NCBI RefSeq assembly: GCF_003334315.1
Contig: NZ_QOWR01000014.1
Length of the DNA: 64,000 nucleotides
Strand: one strand, 5' to 3'
Source: Escherichia coli
GTDB taxonomy: Bacteria; Pseudomonadota; Gammaproteobacteria; Enterobacterales; Enterobacteriaceae
A program made the position numbers and the translations under genes. Below the pieces are notes generated by a model. That model was not told the origin of the DNA. It saw only the letters and a program-made list of their open reading frames with translations, and did not search any database. Of this stretch, positions 9,368-21,159 are shown one piece after another. The stretch's first letter is position 1; the number at the start of each line of letters is the position of its first letter.

Positions 9368-11758
9368 ATGGCAATTAACAATACAGGCTCGCGACGATTA
9401 CTCGTCACGCTAACAGCCCTTTTTGCAGCGCTTTGCGGGCTGTATCTACTCATTGGCGGAGGCTGGCTGGTCGCGATTGGCGGCTCCTGGTACTACCCTA
9501 TCGCTGGCCTTGTGATGCTCGGCGTCGCCTGGATGCTGTGGCGCAGTAAACGCGCCGCGCTTTGGCTATACGCAGCCCTGCTGCTCGGCACCATGATTTG
9601 GGGCGTCTGGGAAGTTGGTTTCGACTTCTGGGCGCTGACTCCGCGCAGCGACATTCTGGTCTTCTTCGGCATCTGGCTGATCCTGCCGTTTGTCTGGCGT
9701 CGCCTGGTCATTCCTGCCAGCGGCGCAGTTGCCGCACTGGTGGTCGCACTGCTGATTAGCGGTGGTATCCTGACCTGGGCCGGATTTAACGATCCGCAGG
9801 AGATCAACGGCACCTTAAGCGCCGATGCCACACCTGCTGAAGCTATCTCCCCCGTAGCCGATCAGGACTGGCCTGCCTATGGTCGTAATCAGGAAGGTCA
9901 ACGCTTTTCGCCGCTGAAACAAATTAACGCCGATAACGTCCATAATCTGAAAGAAGCCTGGGTGTTCCGTACTGGCGATGTGAAGCAGCCGAACGATCCG
10001 GGTGAAATCACCAATGAAGTGACGCCGATTAAAGTGGGCGACACCCTTTACCTGTGTACCGCTCACCAGCGCCTGTTTGCGCTTGATGCCGCCAGCGGCA
10101 AAGAGAAATGGCATTACGATCCTGAGCTGAAAACCAACGAGTCTTTCCAGCACGTAACCTGCCGTGGTGTCTCTTATCATGAAGCCAAAGCAGAAACCGC
10201 TTCGCCGGAAGTGATGGCGGATTGCCCGCGTCGTATCATTCTTCCGGTCAATGATGGTCGACTGATTGCGATTAACGCTGAAAACGGCAAACTGTGCGAA
10301 ACCTTCGCCAATAAAGGCGTGCTCAATCTGCAAAGCAATATGCCAGACACCAAACCGGGTCTGTATGAACCGACTTCGCCACCGATTATCACCGATAAAA
10401 CCATCGTGATGGCCGGTTCAGTTACCGATAACTTCTCAACCCGCGAAACGTCTGGCGTGATCCGTGGTTTTGATGTCAACACCGGGGAGCTGCTGTGGGC
10501 TTTTGATCCCGGCGCGAAAGATCCGAACGCAATCCCGTCTGACGAACACACCTTTACCTTTAACTCGCCAAACTCCTGGGCACCAGCGGCCTATGACGCG
10601 AAGCTGGATCTGGTCTATCTGCCGATGGGCGTGACCACGCCGGATATCTGGGGCGGTAACCGCACACCGGAACAGGAACGTTATGCCAGCTCGATTCTGG
10701 CGCTGAATGCCACTACCGGGAAACTGGCGTGGAGCTACCAGACCGTTCACCACGACCTGTGGGACATGGATCTTCCGGCACAGCCGACGCTGGCGGACAT
10801 CACCGTTAATGGTCAGAAAGTGCCAGTTATTTACGCTCCGGCGAAAACCGGCAACATTTTTGTGCTCGATCGTCGTAATGGCGAACTGGTGGTTCCGGCA
10901 CCGGAAAAACCGGTTCCCCAAGGTGCAGCGAAAGGCGATTACGTAACCCCAACTCAACCGTTTTCTGAACTGAGCTTCCGTCCGACGAAAGATTTGAGCG
11001 GTGCGGATATGTGGGGAGCCACCATGTTTGACCAACTGGTGTGCCGCGTGATGTTCCACCAGATGCGCTATGAAGGCATTTTCACCCCGCCATCTGAACA
11101 GGGTACGCTGGTCTTCCCGGGTAACCTGGGGATGTTCGAATGGGGCGGGATTTCCGTTGATCCAAATCGTGAAGTGGCGATTGCCAACCCAATGGCACTG
11201 CCGTTTGTTTCGAAACTGATCCCGCGTGGTCCTGGCAACCCGATGGAGCAGCCGAAAGATGCCAAAGGCACGGGTACGGAATCCGGCATTCAGCCACAGT
11301 ACGGTGTACCGTATGGTGTCACGCTCAACCCGTTCCTCTCACCATTTGGTCTGCCATGTAAACAGCCAGCATGGGGTTATATCTCGGCGCTGGATCTGAA
11401 AACTAATGAAGTGGTGTGGAAGAAACGTATTGGTACGCCGCAGGACAGTATGCCGTTCCCGATGCCGGTTCCGGTGCCGTTCAATATGGGTATGCCGATG
11501 CTGGGCGGGCCAATCTCCACGGCGGGTAACGTGCTGTTTATCGCCGCTACGGCAGATAACTACCTGCGCGCTTACAACATGAGCAACGGTGAAAAACTGT
11601 GGCAGGGTCGTTTACCAGCGGGTGGTCAGGCTACGCCAATGACCTATGAAGTGAATGGTAAGCAGTATGTGGTGATCTCCGCAGGCGGTCACGGTTCATT
11701 TGGTACGAAGATGGGCGACTATATTGTGGCTTATGCGCTGCCGGATGATGTGAAGTAA
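9368..11758 (+). CDS. gcd: PQQ-dependent quinoprotein glucose dehydrogenase
   Basis: 796-aa protein from ATG 9368 (MAINNTGSRRLLV...), N-terminal membrane segments; track ORF is extended by 6 codons. Confidence 0.96.
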   Translation: MAINNTGSRRLLVTLTALFAALCGLYLLIGGGWLVAIGGSWYYPIAGLVMLGVAWMLWRSKRAALWLYAALLLGTMIWGVWEVGFDFWALTPRSDILVFFGIWLILPFVWRRLVIPASGAVAALVVALLISGGILTWAGFNDPQEINGTLSADATPAEAISPVADQDWPAYGRNQEGQRFSPLKQINADNVHNLKEAWVFRTGDVKQPNDPGEITNEVTPIKVGDTLYLCTAHQRLFALDAASGKEKWHYDPELKTNESFQHVTCRGVSYHEAKAETASPEVMADCPRRIILPVNDGRLIAINAENGKLCETFANKGVLNLQSNMPDTKPGLYEPTSPPIITDKTIVMAGSVTDNFSTRETSGVIRGFDVNTGELLWAFDPGAKDPNAIPSDEHTFTFNSPNSWAPAAYDAKLDLVYLPMGVTTPDIWGGNRTPEQERYASSILALNATTGKLAWSYQTVHHDLWDMDLPAQPTLADITVNGQKVPVIYAPAKTGNIFVLDRRNGELVVPAPEKPVPQGAAKGDYVTPTQPFSELSFRPTKDLSGADMWGATMFDQLVCRVMFHQMRYEGIFTPPSEQGTLVFPGNLGMFEWGGISVDPNREVAIANPMALPFVSKLIPRGPGNPMEQPKDAKGTGTESGIQPQYGVPYGVTLNPFLSPFGLPCKQPAWGYISALDLKTNEVVWKKRIGTPQDSMPFPMPVPVPFNMGMPMLGGPISTAGNVLFIAATADNYLRAYNMSNGEKLWQGRLPAGGQATPMTYEVNGKQYVVISAGGHGSFGTKMGDYIVAYALPDDVK

Positions 11759-11796
11759 GACTTGCTCAGATTGCTGACAACGTGCGCGTTGTTCAT

Positions 11797-11895
11797 GCCG
11801 GATGCGGCGTGAACGCCTTATCCAGCCTACAAAATTGTGCAAAATCAATGGATTGCACAGCTAGCGTAGGCCTGATAAGCGTAGCGCATCAGGCA
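11797..11895. repeat. REP/BIME palindromic elements (two copies) between gcd and cueO
   Basis: gccggatgcggcgtgaacgccttatcc...ctac and taggcctgataagcgtagcgcatcaggc motifs. Confidence 0.8.
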
Positions 11896-11959
11896 GATTT
11901 GCGTTTGTCATCAGTTTAATGCCCGGAGAGATCCGGGCATATTTCCGAATACGGTCTTT

Positions 11960-13510
11960 TTATACCGTAAACCCTAACATCATCCCCGTATCTTCATGCT
12001 CCAGCAGATGGCAGTGCGCCATATAAGCATGTTCTTTCGGTGCATCGTGATTAAACTTCACCAGCACTTCGCTGACATTACCTTCTACCTTAACGGTATC
12101 TTTCCAGCCCGCGCGATGAGCCGCTGGCGGTTTGCCATTTTCTGACAAGATACGGAACTGCGTGCCGTGGATATGGAACGGATGCAGCATCATGTCGCCC
12201 ACGCCAGAGATAACCCAACGTTCGTATTGCCCTTTCGCCGCCGCAAACATCGGCTTGTTCATATCAAACGCCTGACCGTTGATTTTGTTGGCATGGTGGA
12301 AATCGAACTTCCCGCCGTGGTTCATATGATTCATATTGCCGTGCCCCATATGGCCCATCATCTGGCTGTGATCCATCCCGGCCATCGCCTGATCGCCATA
12401 TTTCTCCATTAGCATCTGCATCCCCATCATATCGAGCATCGGGTCCATAGAGAGTTGCAGCTTGCGTACCGTCAGCCCTTCCAGCGAAGGTAACGCAGGC
12501 AGGCTACTTAATGTGTCTGGCAAAGCACCGGAGGCACTAATAGCAATCGGCTGAATCCGCATTACCGGATGAGGCTTATCAAACGGCGCAATCGCCATCC
12601 CCATCTGGCTGACCGGCAGCGTCACCAGGTCAAAGGGTTTGTTATCGTTAACCTCCACCAGCACTTCAAAACGCTCGCCCATCAGCACCGGCAGTTCGCT
12701 CACCTTCACTGGTTCAGGTAGCAGACCACCGTCGCTGGCAATCACATACAGCGGGCGATTGTCGCTGGTGGCGAAATTGAGCGAGCGGGCATTACAGCCA
12801 TTGAGCAAACGCAGGCGCAGCCAACCACGCGGGGCAGCGTGTTGTGGGTAGATTGCACCGTTGGTCAGCAGCGTATCGCCAAACCAGCCCACGGCGGCGG
12901 TCATCACATCCAGTTGATAATCAATCTGCCCATCAGCGTTAAATTTTTTATCCTGAACAATCACCGGAACATCATCGATACCCCACTGTTTTGGCAGCAT
13001 TAATTTCAGGATCTCGTCATCTTCAATTACCACCAGCCCAGCCAACCCCATCGCCACCTGTCGCCCGGTCTTGCCATGTTGATGTGGATGGAACCAGCAA
13101 GTAGCGGCAGGTTGATCAACGTTCAACGTCACCGAGCGCTTGCCACCTGGCAGAATAATTCCCTGCGGGCCGCCGTCGACTTCACCCGGTACTTCCAGCC
13201 CGTGCCAGTGCAACGTCGTCTCTTCCGTCAGTTGGTTATAGATATCAACCGTTACCGCTTTGCCGCGCTGTAATTTCACCGCCGGCCCCAGCAGATTGCC
13301 GTTATAGCCCCAGGTAGTTGCAGTTTTCTCGCCAAAGGTAGACTGACCTGCGCCAATAGTTAACTGAATGCGATTACGGGCATCGGTCGTGAGCAAATCA
13401 GGGATCGGTAACGTTGGGCGTTCCGCCGCAAAGACTGCGCGGCTCCACAGCGGCAAGGCTGAAGCCACACCCAGCGCGACGGAATATTTTAAGAAATCAC
13501 GACGTTGCAT
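11960..13510 (-). CDS. cueO: multicopper oxidase (cuprous oxidase)
   Basis: 516-aa protein from ATG 13510; Tat signal MQRRDFLK and Met-rich segment ([14 protein letters not shown]...[14 protein letters not shown]). Confidence 0.96.
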   Translation of the reverse strand: MQRRDFLKYSVALGVASALPLWSRAVFAAERPTLPIPDLLTTDARNRIQLTIGAGQSTFGEKTATTWGYNGNLLGPAVKLQRGKAVTVDIYNQLTEETTLHWHGLEVPGEVDGGPQGIILPGGKRSVTLNVDQPAATCWFHPHQHGKTGRQVAMGLAGLVVIEDDEILKLMLPKQWGIDDVPVIVQDKKFNADGQIDYQLDVMTAAVGWFGDTLLTNGAIYPQHAAPRGWLRLRLLNGCNARSLNFATSDNRPLYVIASDGGLLPEPVKVSELPVLMGERFEVLVEVNDNKPFDLVTLPVSQMGMAIAPFDKPHPVMRIQPIAISASGALPDTLSSLPALPSLEGLTVRKLQLSMDPMLDMMGMQMLMEKYGDQAMAGMDHSQMMGHMGHGNMNHMNHGGKFDFHHANKINGQAFDMNKPMFAAAKGQYERWVISGVGDMMLHPFHIHGTQFRILSENGKPPAAHRAGWKDTVKVEGNVSEVLVKFNHDAPKEHAYMAHCHLLEHEDTGMMLGFTV

Positions 13511-13563
13511 AGTTATTTCCTTATTCTTAAGCAGGCGAAACGAAATCAAACGTTGAGCATAGT

Positions 13564-13582
13564 CCTTCCCCTTACGGGAAGG
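13564..13582. promoter_or_regulatory. CueR (MerR-family) operator in cueO promoter
   Basis: Inverted repeat CCTTCCC-cttac-GGGAAGG, 54-72 bp upstream of cueO start. Confidence 0.75.
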
Positions 13583-13675
13583 TCAAGCCGCAGACACAAT
13601 TTAATCGACAATAATGGTCGTCGCCTCGCTCGCAGTGTGCTAACGTTTATCTTCTTTAAGCCCCTGGTAGAAGCA

Positions 13676-14023
13676 ATGAAGACGTTTTTCAGAACAGTGT
13701 TATTCGGCAGCCTGATGGCCGTTTGCGCAAACAGTTACGCGCTCAGCGAGTCTGAAGCCGAAGATATGGCCGATTTAACGGCAGTTTTTGTCTTTCTGAA
13801 GAACGATTGTGGTTACCAGAACTTACCTAACGGGCAAATTCGTCGCGCACTGGTCTTTTTCGCCCAGCAAAACCAGTGGGATCTCAGTAATTACGACACC
13901 TTCGACATGAAAGCTCTCGGTGAAGACAGCTACCGCGATCTCAGCGGCATTGGCATTCCTGTCGCTAAAAAATGCAAAGCCCTGGCCCGCGATTCCTTAA
14001 GCCTGCTTGCCTACGTCAAATAA
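13676..14023 (+). CDS. yacC: uncharacterised periplasmic protein
   Basis: 115-aa protein from ATG 13676 with signal peptide MKTFFRTVLFGSLMAVCANSYA; track ORF is 5'-extended. Confidence 0.88.
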   Translation: MKTFFRTVLFGSLMAVCANSYALSESEAEDMADLTAVFVFLKNDCGYQNLPNGQIRRALVFFAQQNQWDLSNYDTFDMKALGEDSYRDLSGIGIPVAKKCKALARDSLSLLAYVK

Positions 14024-14128
14024 TCCCTGATACCTTTTTGTAGAAATATTGACCGTGCATCCGCGGTCAATGTTAGCTATTATGTTGCGCCCTTTTTTTA
14101 CGGGTGTTAACAAAGGAGGTATCAACCC

Positions 14129-14995
14129 ATGGCCGAAAAAAAACAGTGGCATGAAACGCTACACGACCAGTTTGGGCAGTACTTTGCGGTAGATAACGTT
14201 CTGTATCATGAAAAGACCGATCACCAGGATCTGATCATTTTTGAGAACGCTGCATTTGGTCGCGTAATGGCGCTGGATGGCGTAGTACAAACCACCGAGC
14301 GCGACGAGTTTATCTATCATGAGATGATGACCCATGTTCCGCTACTGGCCCACGGTCACGCGAAACATGTGCTGATTATCGGCGGCGGCGACGGTGCCAT
14401 GCTGCGTGAAGTAACCCGACATAAAAACGTTGAGTCAATCACGATGGTGGAAATCGATGCGGGTGTCGTATCGTTCTGCCGTCAGTATCTACCCAACCAT
14501 AACGCCGGTAGCTACGACGATCCGCGCTTTAAGCTGGTGATCGACGATGGCGTCAATTTCGTTAATCAAACCAGCCAGACCTTTGATGTCATTATCTCCG
14601 ACTGCACCGATCCTATCGGTCCCGGCGAAAGCCTTTTCACTTCGGCATTTTATGAAGGCTGCAAACGTTGCCTGAATCCTGGCGGTATCTTCGTCGCACA
14701 AAACGGCGTCTGCTTTTTACAGCAGGAAGAAGCCATCGACAGCCATCGCAAACTCAGCCATTACTTCAGCGACGTTGGCTTTTATCAGGCGGCGATCCCG
14801 ACCTATTACGGCGGTATCATGACTTTTGCATGGGCGACAGATAACGACGCCTTACGCCATCTCTCAACCGAAATTATTCAGGCGCGTTTTCTCGCTTCTG
14901 GCCTGAAATGCCGTTATTACAATTCGGCAATCCATACGGCAGCTTTTGCCTTACCTCAGTATCTGCAAGACGCACTGGCTTCACAGCCGTCCTAA
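14129..14995 (+). CDS. speE: spermidine synthase
   Basis: 288-aa ORF, RBS aaggaggt at 14113-14120; recognised as SpeE. Confidence 0.97.
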   Translation: MAEKKQWHETLHDQFGQYFAVDNVLYHEKTDHQDLIIFENAAFGRVMALDGVVQTTERDEFIYHEMMTHVPLLAHGHAKHVLIIGGGDGAMLREVTRHKNVESITMVEIDAGVVSFCRQYLPNHNAGSYDDPRFKLVIDDGVNFVNQTSQTFDVIISDCTDPIGPGESLFTSAFYEGCKRCLNPGGIFVAQNGVCFLQQEEAIDSHRKLSHYFSDVGFYQAAIPTYYGGIMTFAWATDNDALRHLSTEIIQARFLASGLKCRYYNSAIHTAAFALPQYLQDALASQPS

Positions 14996-15010
14996 GGAGA
15001 AGATAAGAAA

Positions 15011-15805
15011 TTGAAAAAACTGAAACTGCATGGCTTTAATAATCTGACCAAAAGTCTGAGTTTTTGTATTTACGATATCTGCTACGCCAAAACTGCCGAA
15101 GAGCGCGACGGTTATATTGCTTATATCGATGAACTCTATAATGCCAACCGTCTGACCGAAATCCTGTCAGAAACCTGTTCCATTATCGGGGCCAATATTC
15201 TTAACATCGCCCGCCAGGATTACGAACCACAGGGTGCCAGCGTCACTATTCTGGTGAGTGAAGAACCGGTTGACCCGAAACTCATCGACAAAACAGAACA
15301 CCCCGGCCCACTGCCAGAAACGGTGGTTGCCCATCTCGATAAAAGTCATATTTGCGTACATACCTACCCGGAAAGTCATCCTGAAGGCGGTTTATGTACC
15401 TTCCGCGCCGATATTGAAGTCTCTACCTGCGGCGTGATTTCTCCGCTGAAGGCGCTGAATTACCTGATCCACCAGCTTGAGTCCGATATCGTAACCATTG
15501 ATTATCGCGTGCGCGGTTTTACCCGCGACATTAACGGTATGAAGCACTTTATCGACCATGAGATTAATTCGATTCAGAACTTTATGTCTGACGATATGAA
15601 GGCGCTGTATGACATGGTGGATGTGAACGTCTATCAGGAAAATATCTTCCATACCAAGATGTTGCTTAAAGAGTTCGACCTTAAGCACTACATGTTCCAC
15701 ACCAAACCGGAAGATTTAACCGACAGCGAGCGCCAGGAAATTACCGCTGCGCTGTGGAAAGAAATGCGCGAGATTTATTACGGGCGCAATATGCCAGCTG
15801 TTTAA
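15011..15805 (+). CDS. speD: S-adenosylmethionine decarboxylase proenzyme
   Basis: 264-aa ORF, TTG start; [18 protein letters not shown]... recognised as SpeD. Confidence 0.96.
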
Positions 15806-15810
15806 CGGCT

Positions 15811-15840
15811 CTGGCGGAGCTCCCAGGCTCCGCCAGATTT
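15811..15840. terminator. hairpin between convergent speD and yacL
   Basis: 10-bp stem ctggcggagc/gctccgccag, loop tcccag, then attt. Confidence 0.65.
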
Positions 15841-15842
15841 AT

Positions 15843-16205
15843 TTACTTCTGCTGCACGAAATTGCGGTAAGCCGCCACGACCTGCAGAAAATCCTCAACG
15901 CCGCATAGCGACAGGCTTTCTTCGTCGTAGTAGTTCATCCCCTCTTCCATTTCATCGCCAGCGAATTCCAGTTGATTGGCGCGAACCATCACCTCTTCAC
16001 CGTCCATCCACAGGGTGTATTCGTGCCCTGCCCGTTGCCAGGACCGTTCGCTACCTTTCAGTGCGTGCGCTGCTTGTTCCACTTCATCAAGCAAGGCCAG
16101 GTTTTCTTTCACCTCTTCATTAAACCAGTGCCCGACCACTTCATGCCCCATGGACATACGCACCTTTACTACTCCGGTAATATCGCGCAGAAATTCGTAA
16201 TCCAT
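15843..16205 (-). CDS. yacL: UPF0231 family protein
   Basis: 120-aa protein from ATG 16205 ([12 protein letters not shown]...); track ORF is 5'-extended. Confidence 0.9.
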
Positions 16206-16304
16206 AGTGTGTTCCTCTGCTCCCGGCAATGCGCCGAAATCGCATTGCGCCATTGATGTAATTATCGCAGCCTTACCGGAGAAAAACAGCGGAACGGCGA
16301 TGGT

Positions 16305-16346
16305 CTAGAAATAAAAAATGCCCGGGAATCTCATTCACCGGGCATT
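16305..16346 (-). terminator. rho-independent terminator after acnB
   Basis: Stem aaatgcccgg/ccgggcatt; on the minus strand the hairpin is followed by a U-run (plus-strand aaaaaa at 16312-16317). Confidence 0.75.
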
Positions 16347-16379
16347 GTGTCGTTTATGCGCAGCGCGTGCGCTGACTTT

Positions 16380-18977
16380 TTAAACTGCAGTCTGGAAAAT
16401 CACACCATCGGCTTTTTCAGTGTACTGAGAAAGCTGGTTGAAGTTCAGGTAACGGTAAGTATCAACGGCAGTTTTATCCACCTGCGCCACGTAGGTCTGG
16501 TACTCTTCCGGCGTCGGTAGTTTGCCAATCAGCGCCGCAACAGCAGCCAGTTCCGCAGAAGCCAGGAAGACATTCGCGCCAGTCCCCAGACGGTTCGGGA
16601 AGTTACGGGTAGAGGTGGAAACCACCGTCGCACCGTCTGCTACACGCGCCTGGTTACCCATACACAGGGAACAGCCAGGGATCTCGATACGCGCACCGCT
16701 CTTACCGAAGACGCTATAGTAGCCTTCTTCGGTCAACTGCGCGGCATCCATACGGGTTGGCGGTGCCACCCACAGGCGCGTCGGCAACTGGCCTTTGTGC
16801 GCATCCAGCAGTTTACCCGCAGCACGGAAGTGACCGATGTTGGTCATGCAGGAACCGATAAACACTTCGTCGATCTTCTCGCCCTGTACCGCAGACAGCG
16901 GACGTGCGTCGTCCGGGTCGTTCGGTGCACAGAGGATTGGCTCTTTAATATCCGCCAGATCGATGTCGATCACTGCCGCGTATTCCGCATCTGCATCGGC
17001 TTCCAGCAGCTCAGGATTCGCCAGCCATTTTTCCATGCCCTGAATACGACGTTCCAGGGTACGACGATCGCCGTAACCTTCCGCGATCATCCACTTCAGC
17101 AGGACGATGTTAGAGTTCAGGTATTCGATGATCGGTTCTTTGTTCAGCTTGATGGTACAACCAGCGGCAGAACGCTCGGCGGACGCATCGGTTAGCTCAA
17201 AGGCCTGCTCAACTTTCAGATCCGGCAGACCTTCAATTTCCAGGATGCGGCCAGAGAAGATGTTTTTCTTGCCTTTCTTCTCAACGGTCAGCAGACCTTG
17301 TTTGATCGCATACAGCGGAATAGCGTGTACCAGATCGCGCAGGGTGATGCCCGGCTGCATTTTGCCTTTGAAGCGCACCAGAACGGATTCCGGCATATCA
17401 AGCGGCATTACGCCAGTTGCGGCAGCAAACGCCACCAGACCAGAACCCGCCGGGAAAGAGATACCGATCGGGAAACGGGTATGGGAGTCACCACCGGTAC
17501 CGACGGTATCCGGCAGCAGCATACGGTTCAGCCAGGAGTGAATGACGCCGTCACCCGGACGCAGCGACACACCGCCACGGTTCATAATGAAGTCCGGCAG
17601 CGTGTGGTGCGTGTTCACGTCAACTGGCTTCGGATACGCCGCGGTGTGGCAGAAAGACTGCATCACCAGGTCAGCCGAGAAGCCCAGGCACGCCAGGTCT
17701 TTCAGTTCATCACGGGTCATCGGGCCGGTGGTGTCCTGGGAACCTACAGAAGTCATTTTCGGTTCACAGTACGCGCCCGGACGAATGCCTTTCACGCCAC
17801 AGGCACGGCCTACCATTTTTTGCGCCAGCGAGAAGCCGCGATCGCTCTCAGCGACATCTTTCGCCTGACGGAACACATCACTGTGCGGCAGACCAAGTGC
17901 TTCACGCGCTTTGGTGGTCAGGCCACGCCCGATAATCAGCGGAATACGGCCACCAGCACGCACTTCATCAATCAGCACGTCGGTTTTCAGTTCGAAGGTC
18001 GCCAGCAGTTCGCCGGTTTCGTGGTTACGCACTTCACCTTTGTACGGGTAAACGTCAATCACGTCGCCCATGTTCAGGTTAGAGACGTCGACTTCGATTG
18101 GCAGTGCACCCGCGTCTTCCATCGTGTTAAAGAAGATGGGTGCAATTTTACCGCCGAGGCACAAACCACCGCCGCGTTTGTTCGGCACATGTGGAATATC
18201 ATCGCCCATAAACCACAGAACGGAGTTAGTGGCGGATTTACGCGAAGAACCCGTACCCACAACGTCACCGACGTACGCCAGCGGGAAACCTTTCTGTTGC
18301 AGAGCTTCGATTTGCTTGATCGGACCAACAACACCAGGCTGGTCTGGCTCAATACCTTCACGGGCGTTTTTCAGCATCGCCAGCGCGTGCAGTGGGATAT
18401 CCGGGCGTGACCACGCATCCGGTGCCGGAGAAAGGTCATCGGTGTTAGTTTCGCCAGTGACTTTGAAGACAGTAACGGTCAGTTTTTCAGCCAGCGCCGG
18501 GCGATTCAGGAACCATTCGGCATCCGCCCAGGACTGCATAACCTGCTTCGCATATTCGTTGCCTGCTTTCGCTTTCTCTTCTACGTCATAGAAGTTATCG
18601 AACATCAGCAGCGTGTGAGAAAGTGCTTTGGCAGCAATAGGTGCCAGTTTGGCATCATCCAGCGCGTCGATCAGCGGATGAATGTTGTAACCACCCTGCA
18701 TGGTGCCCAGCAGTTCGATGGCTTTTTCCGGAGTCAGCAGAGGGGATTTGGCTTCGCCTTTCGCGATAGCAGCCAGGAAGCCTGCTTTGACATAGGCGGC
18801 TTCATCGACGCCTGGGGGAACACGGTTGGTTAACAGATCTAACAGGAATTCTTCTTCGCCCGCGGGCGGGTTTTTCAGCAGCTCTACAAGTGCGGCCATT
18901 TGGTTTGCATCCAGGGGTTTGGGCGCAATCCCCTCAGCGGCACGCTCAGCTACGTGCTTACGGTATTCTTCTAGCAC
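16380..18977 (-). CDS. acnB: aconitate hydratase B
   Basis: 865-aa protein from GTG 18977 ([12 protein letters not shown]...); track ORF extended to 916 aa. Confidence 0.96.
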   Translation of the reverse strand: MLEEYRKHVAERAAEGIAPKPLDANQMAALVELLKNPPAGEEEFLLDLLTNRVPPGVDEAAYVKAGFLAAIAKGEAKSPLLTPEKAIELLGTMQGGYNIHPLIDALDDAKLAPIAAKALSHTLLMFDNFYDVEEKAKAGNEYAKQVMQSWADAEWFLNRPALAEKLTVTVFKVTGETNTDDLSPAPDAWSRPDIPLHALAMLKNAREGIEPDQPGVVGPIKQIEALQQKGFPLAYVGDVVGTGSSRKSATNSVLWFMGDDIPHVPNKRGGGLCLGGKIAPIFFNTMEDAGALPIEVDVSNLNMGDVIDVYPYKGEVRNHETGELLATFELKTDVLIDEVRAGGRIPLIIGRGLTTKAREALGLPHSDVFRQAKDVAESDRGFSLAQKMVGRACGVKGIRPGAYCEPKMTSVGSQDTTGPMTRDELKDLACLGFSADLVMQSFCHTAAYPKPVDVNTHHTLPDFIMNRGGVSLRPGDGVIHSWLNRMLLPDTVGTGGDSHTRFPIGISFPAGSGLVAFAAATGVMPLDMPESVLVRFKGKMQPGITLRDLVHAIPLYAIKQGLLTVEKKGKKNIFSGRILEIEGLPDLKVEQAFELTDASAERSAAGCTIKLNKEPIIEYLNSNIVLLKWMIAEGYGDRRTLERRIQGMEKWLANPELLEADADAEYAAVIDIDLADIKEPILCAPNDPDDARPLSAVQGEKIDEVFIGSCMTNIGHFRAAGKLLDAHKGQLPTRLWVAPPTRMDAAQLTEEGYYSVFGKSGARIEIPGCSLCMGNQARVADGATVVSTSTRNFPNRLGTGANVFLASAELAAVAALIGKLPTPEEYQTYVAQVDKTAVDTYRYLNFNQLSQYTEKADGVIFQTAV

Positions 18978-19331
18978 GACGGTTCTCCTCGCTCTCATTG
19001 TCATAGTGCGGCAGGCGATTCTCTTCACGCTCCTGTGAGACAGCAGTTTGTAGGGTAAATGCCCAGTACCGCAACGGGCAGAATAGCAGGATTTTGACGA
19101 TGTGTTAATCTGTTTACAAAAAAGCAACATAAAAAAGTGGCTGAATCGTTAAGGATGGTCTAGAGATTGTTTCCCTCCGTAAAAACTTCGTTAATTCGCA
19201 TGGTGATAATCACCTTTCTCAACGAATCCCAAGATTAGTCAAAATTTAAACTACCGCCTCTTTATACTCGGATTCACAGCACCTGCGGGTGGCAGTTCGC
19301 CGACCATTGCGATTTCCTTGAGATCCGAATT

Positions 19332-21089
19332 ATGAAAATGACTTTGCCGTTTAAACCCCATGTGCTGGCGCTAATTTGCAGTGCCGGGCTTTGTGCCGCC
19401 TCTACCGGGCTATATATAAAAAGCCGCACAGTGGAAGCGCCTGTGGAACCGCAATCGACACAACAGACTGCGCCTGACATCACCGCAGTTACGCTTCCTG
19501 CAACGGTTTCCGCACCGCCCGTAACGCCCGCCGTCGTCAAATCCGCATTCAGCACTGCACAAATCGATCAATGGGTTGCGCCTGTCGCGCTGTACCCCGA
19601 TTCTCTGCTTTCACAAGTGTTAATGGCATCAACCTATCCGGCAAACGTTGCTCAAGCAGTGCAATGGTCGCACGATAATCCACTTAAACAAGGCGATGCT
19701 GCTATTCAGGCGGTATCTGACCAGCCGTGGGACGCCAGCGTTAAATCACTGGTGGCCTTTCCACAATTGATGGCATTGATGGGCGAAAACCCGCAATGGG
19801 TGCAAAACCTGGGCGATGCTTTTCTGGCGCAGCCGCAGGACGTGATGGACTCGGTACAGCGATTGCGGCAACTGGCGCAACAAACCGGTTCGCTGAAGTC
19901 ATCAACCGAACAAAAAGTTATTACCACAACGAAGAAAGCTGTACCGGTAAAACAGACAGTCACGGCACCCGTCATACCATCCAATACCGTTTTAACTGCC
20001 AGCCCCGTCATTACAGAGCCTGCAACAACCGTCATTTCCATTGAGCCCGCCAATCCTGATGTGGTCTATATTCCCAACTACAACCCAACCGTGGTTTACG
20101 GGAACTGGGCCAATACTGCGTATCCGCCGGTTTATCTGCCACCACCAGCCGGAGAACCGTTTATTGACAGCTTTGTGCGCGGATTCGGCTATAGCATGGG
20201 TGTTGCTACCACGTACGCACTATTCAGCAGCATCGACTGGGATGACGACGATCATGACCATCATCATCATGACGATGATGATTATCATCACCACGATGGC
20301 GGTCATCGTGACGGTAATGGCTGGCAACACAACGGCGACAACATCAATATCGACGTCAACAATTTCAACCGTATCACCGGTGAGCATCTTACTGATAAGA
20401 ATATGGCATGGCGGCACAATCCAAACTACCGTAATGGTGTGCCCTATCATGATCAGGATATGGCAAAGCGGTTTCATCAAACCGATGTCAACGGCGGAAT
20501 GAGCGCCACGCAGCTACCTGCTCCAACACGCGACAGCCAGCGTCAGGCGGCAGCAAGTCAGTTTCAGCAACGAACACACGCCGCCCCCGTCATTACACGA
20601 GATACCCAACGTCAGGCAGCGGCACAGCGGTTTAATGAAGCTGAAAACTATGGGAGCTATGACGACTTCCGCGACTTCAGCCGTCGCCAACCACTGACCC
20701 AGCAACAAAAGGACGCCGCTCGTCAGCGTTATCAGTCGGCCTCGCCTGAGCAGCGCCAGGCAGTCCGCGAGAAAATGCAGACTAACCCACAGATCCAGCA
20801 GCGAAGAGACGCAGCGCGTGAGCGTATTCAGTCCGCCTCGCCTGAGCAGCGCCAGGTGTTTAAGGAAAAAGTACAGCAGCGCCCACTGAACCAACAGCAA
20901 CGTGATAACGCCCGCCAGCGTGTTCAATCAGCATCACCTGAACAACGTCAGGTTTTTCGGGAAAAAGTTCAGGAGAGCCGCCCACAACGTCTAAACGACA
21001 GTAACCATACTGTCAGGCTGAATAACGAGCAACGGTCAGCAGTACGCGAACGTCTCTCTGAGCGCGGAGCAAGGCGACAGGAAAGGTAA
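19332..21089 (+). CDS. yacH: DUF3300-family protein with His/Asp-rich tract and C-terminal tandem repeats
   Basis: 585-aa ORF; signal-like N-terminus; recognised as YacH. Confidence 0.88.
   Translation: MKMTLPFKPHVLALICSAGLCAASTGLYIKSRTVEAPVEPQSTQQTAPDITAVTLPATVSAPPVTPAVVKSAFSTAQIDQWVAPVALYPDSLLSQVLMASTYPANVAQAVQWSHDNPLKQGDAAIQAVSDQPWDASVKSLVAFPQLMALMGENPQWVQNLGDAFLAQPQDVMDSVQRLRQLAQQTGSLKSSTEQKVITTTKKAVPVKQTVTAPVIPSNTVLTASPVITEPATTVISIEPANPDVVYIPNYNPTVVYGNWANTAYPPVYLPPPAGEPFIDSFVRGFGYSMGVATTYALFSSIDWDDDDHDHHHHDDDDYHHHDGGHRDGNGWQHNGDNINIDVNNFNRITGEHLTDKNMAWRHNPNYRNGVPYHDQDMAKRFHQTDVNGGMSATQLPAPTRDSQRQAAASQFQQRTHAAPVITRDTQRQAAAQRFNEAENYGSYDDFRDFSRRQPLTQQQKDAARQRYQSASPEQRQAVREKMQTNPQIQQRRDAARERIQSASPEQRQVFKEKVQQRPLNQQQRDNARQRVQSASPEQRQVFREKVQESRPQRLNDSNHTVRLNNEQRSAVRERLSERGARRQER
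20691..20978 (+). repeat. three tandem 96-bp (32-aa) repeats inside yacH
   Basis: Units start at 20691, 20787 and 20883; each encodes ...ARQR.QSASPEQRQ..EK.Q...; units 1 and 2 share an identical gcctcgcctgagcagcgccagg core. Confidence 0.85.
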
Positions 21090-21100
21090 ATTGCAGACGT

Positions 21101-21130
21101 AAAAAAAGCGGCGTGGTTAGCCGCTTTTTT
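21101..21130. terminator. bidirectional rho-independent terminator between yacH and lpd
   Basis: Stem agcggc/gccgct with loop gtggtta, flanked by A7 upstream and T6 downstream. Confidence 0.8.
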
Positions 21131-21159
21131 AATTGCCGGATGTTCCGGCAAACGAACAA

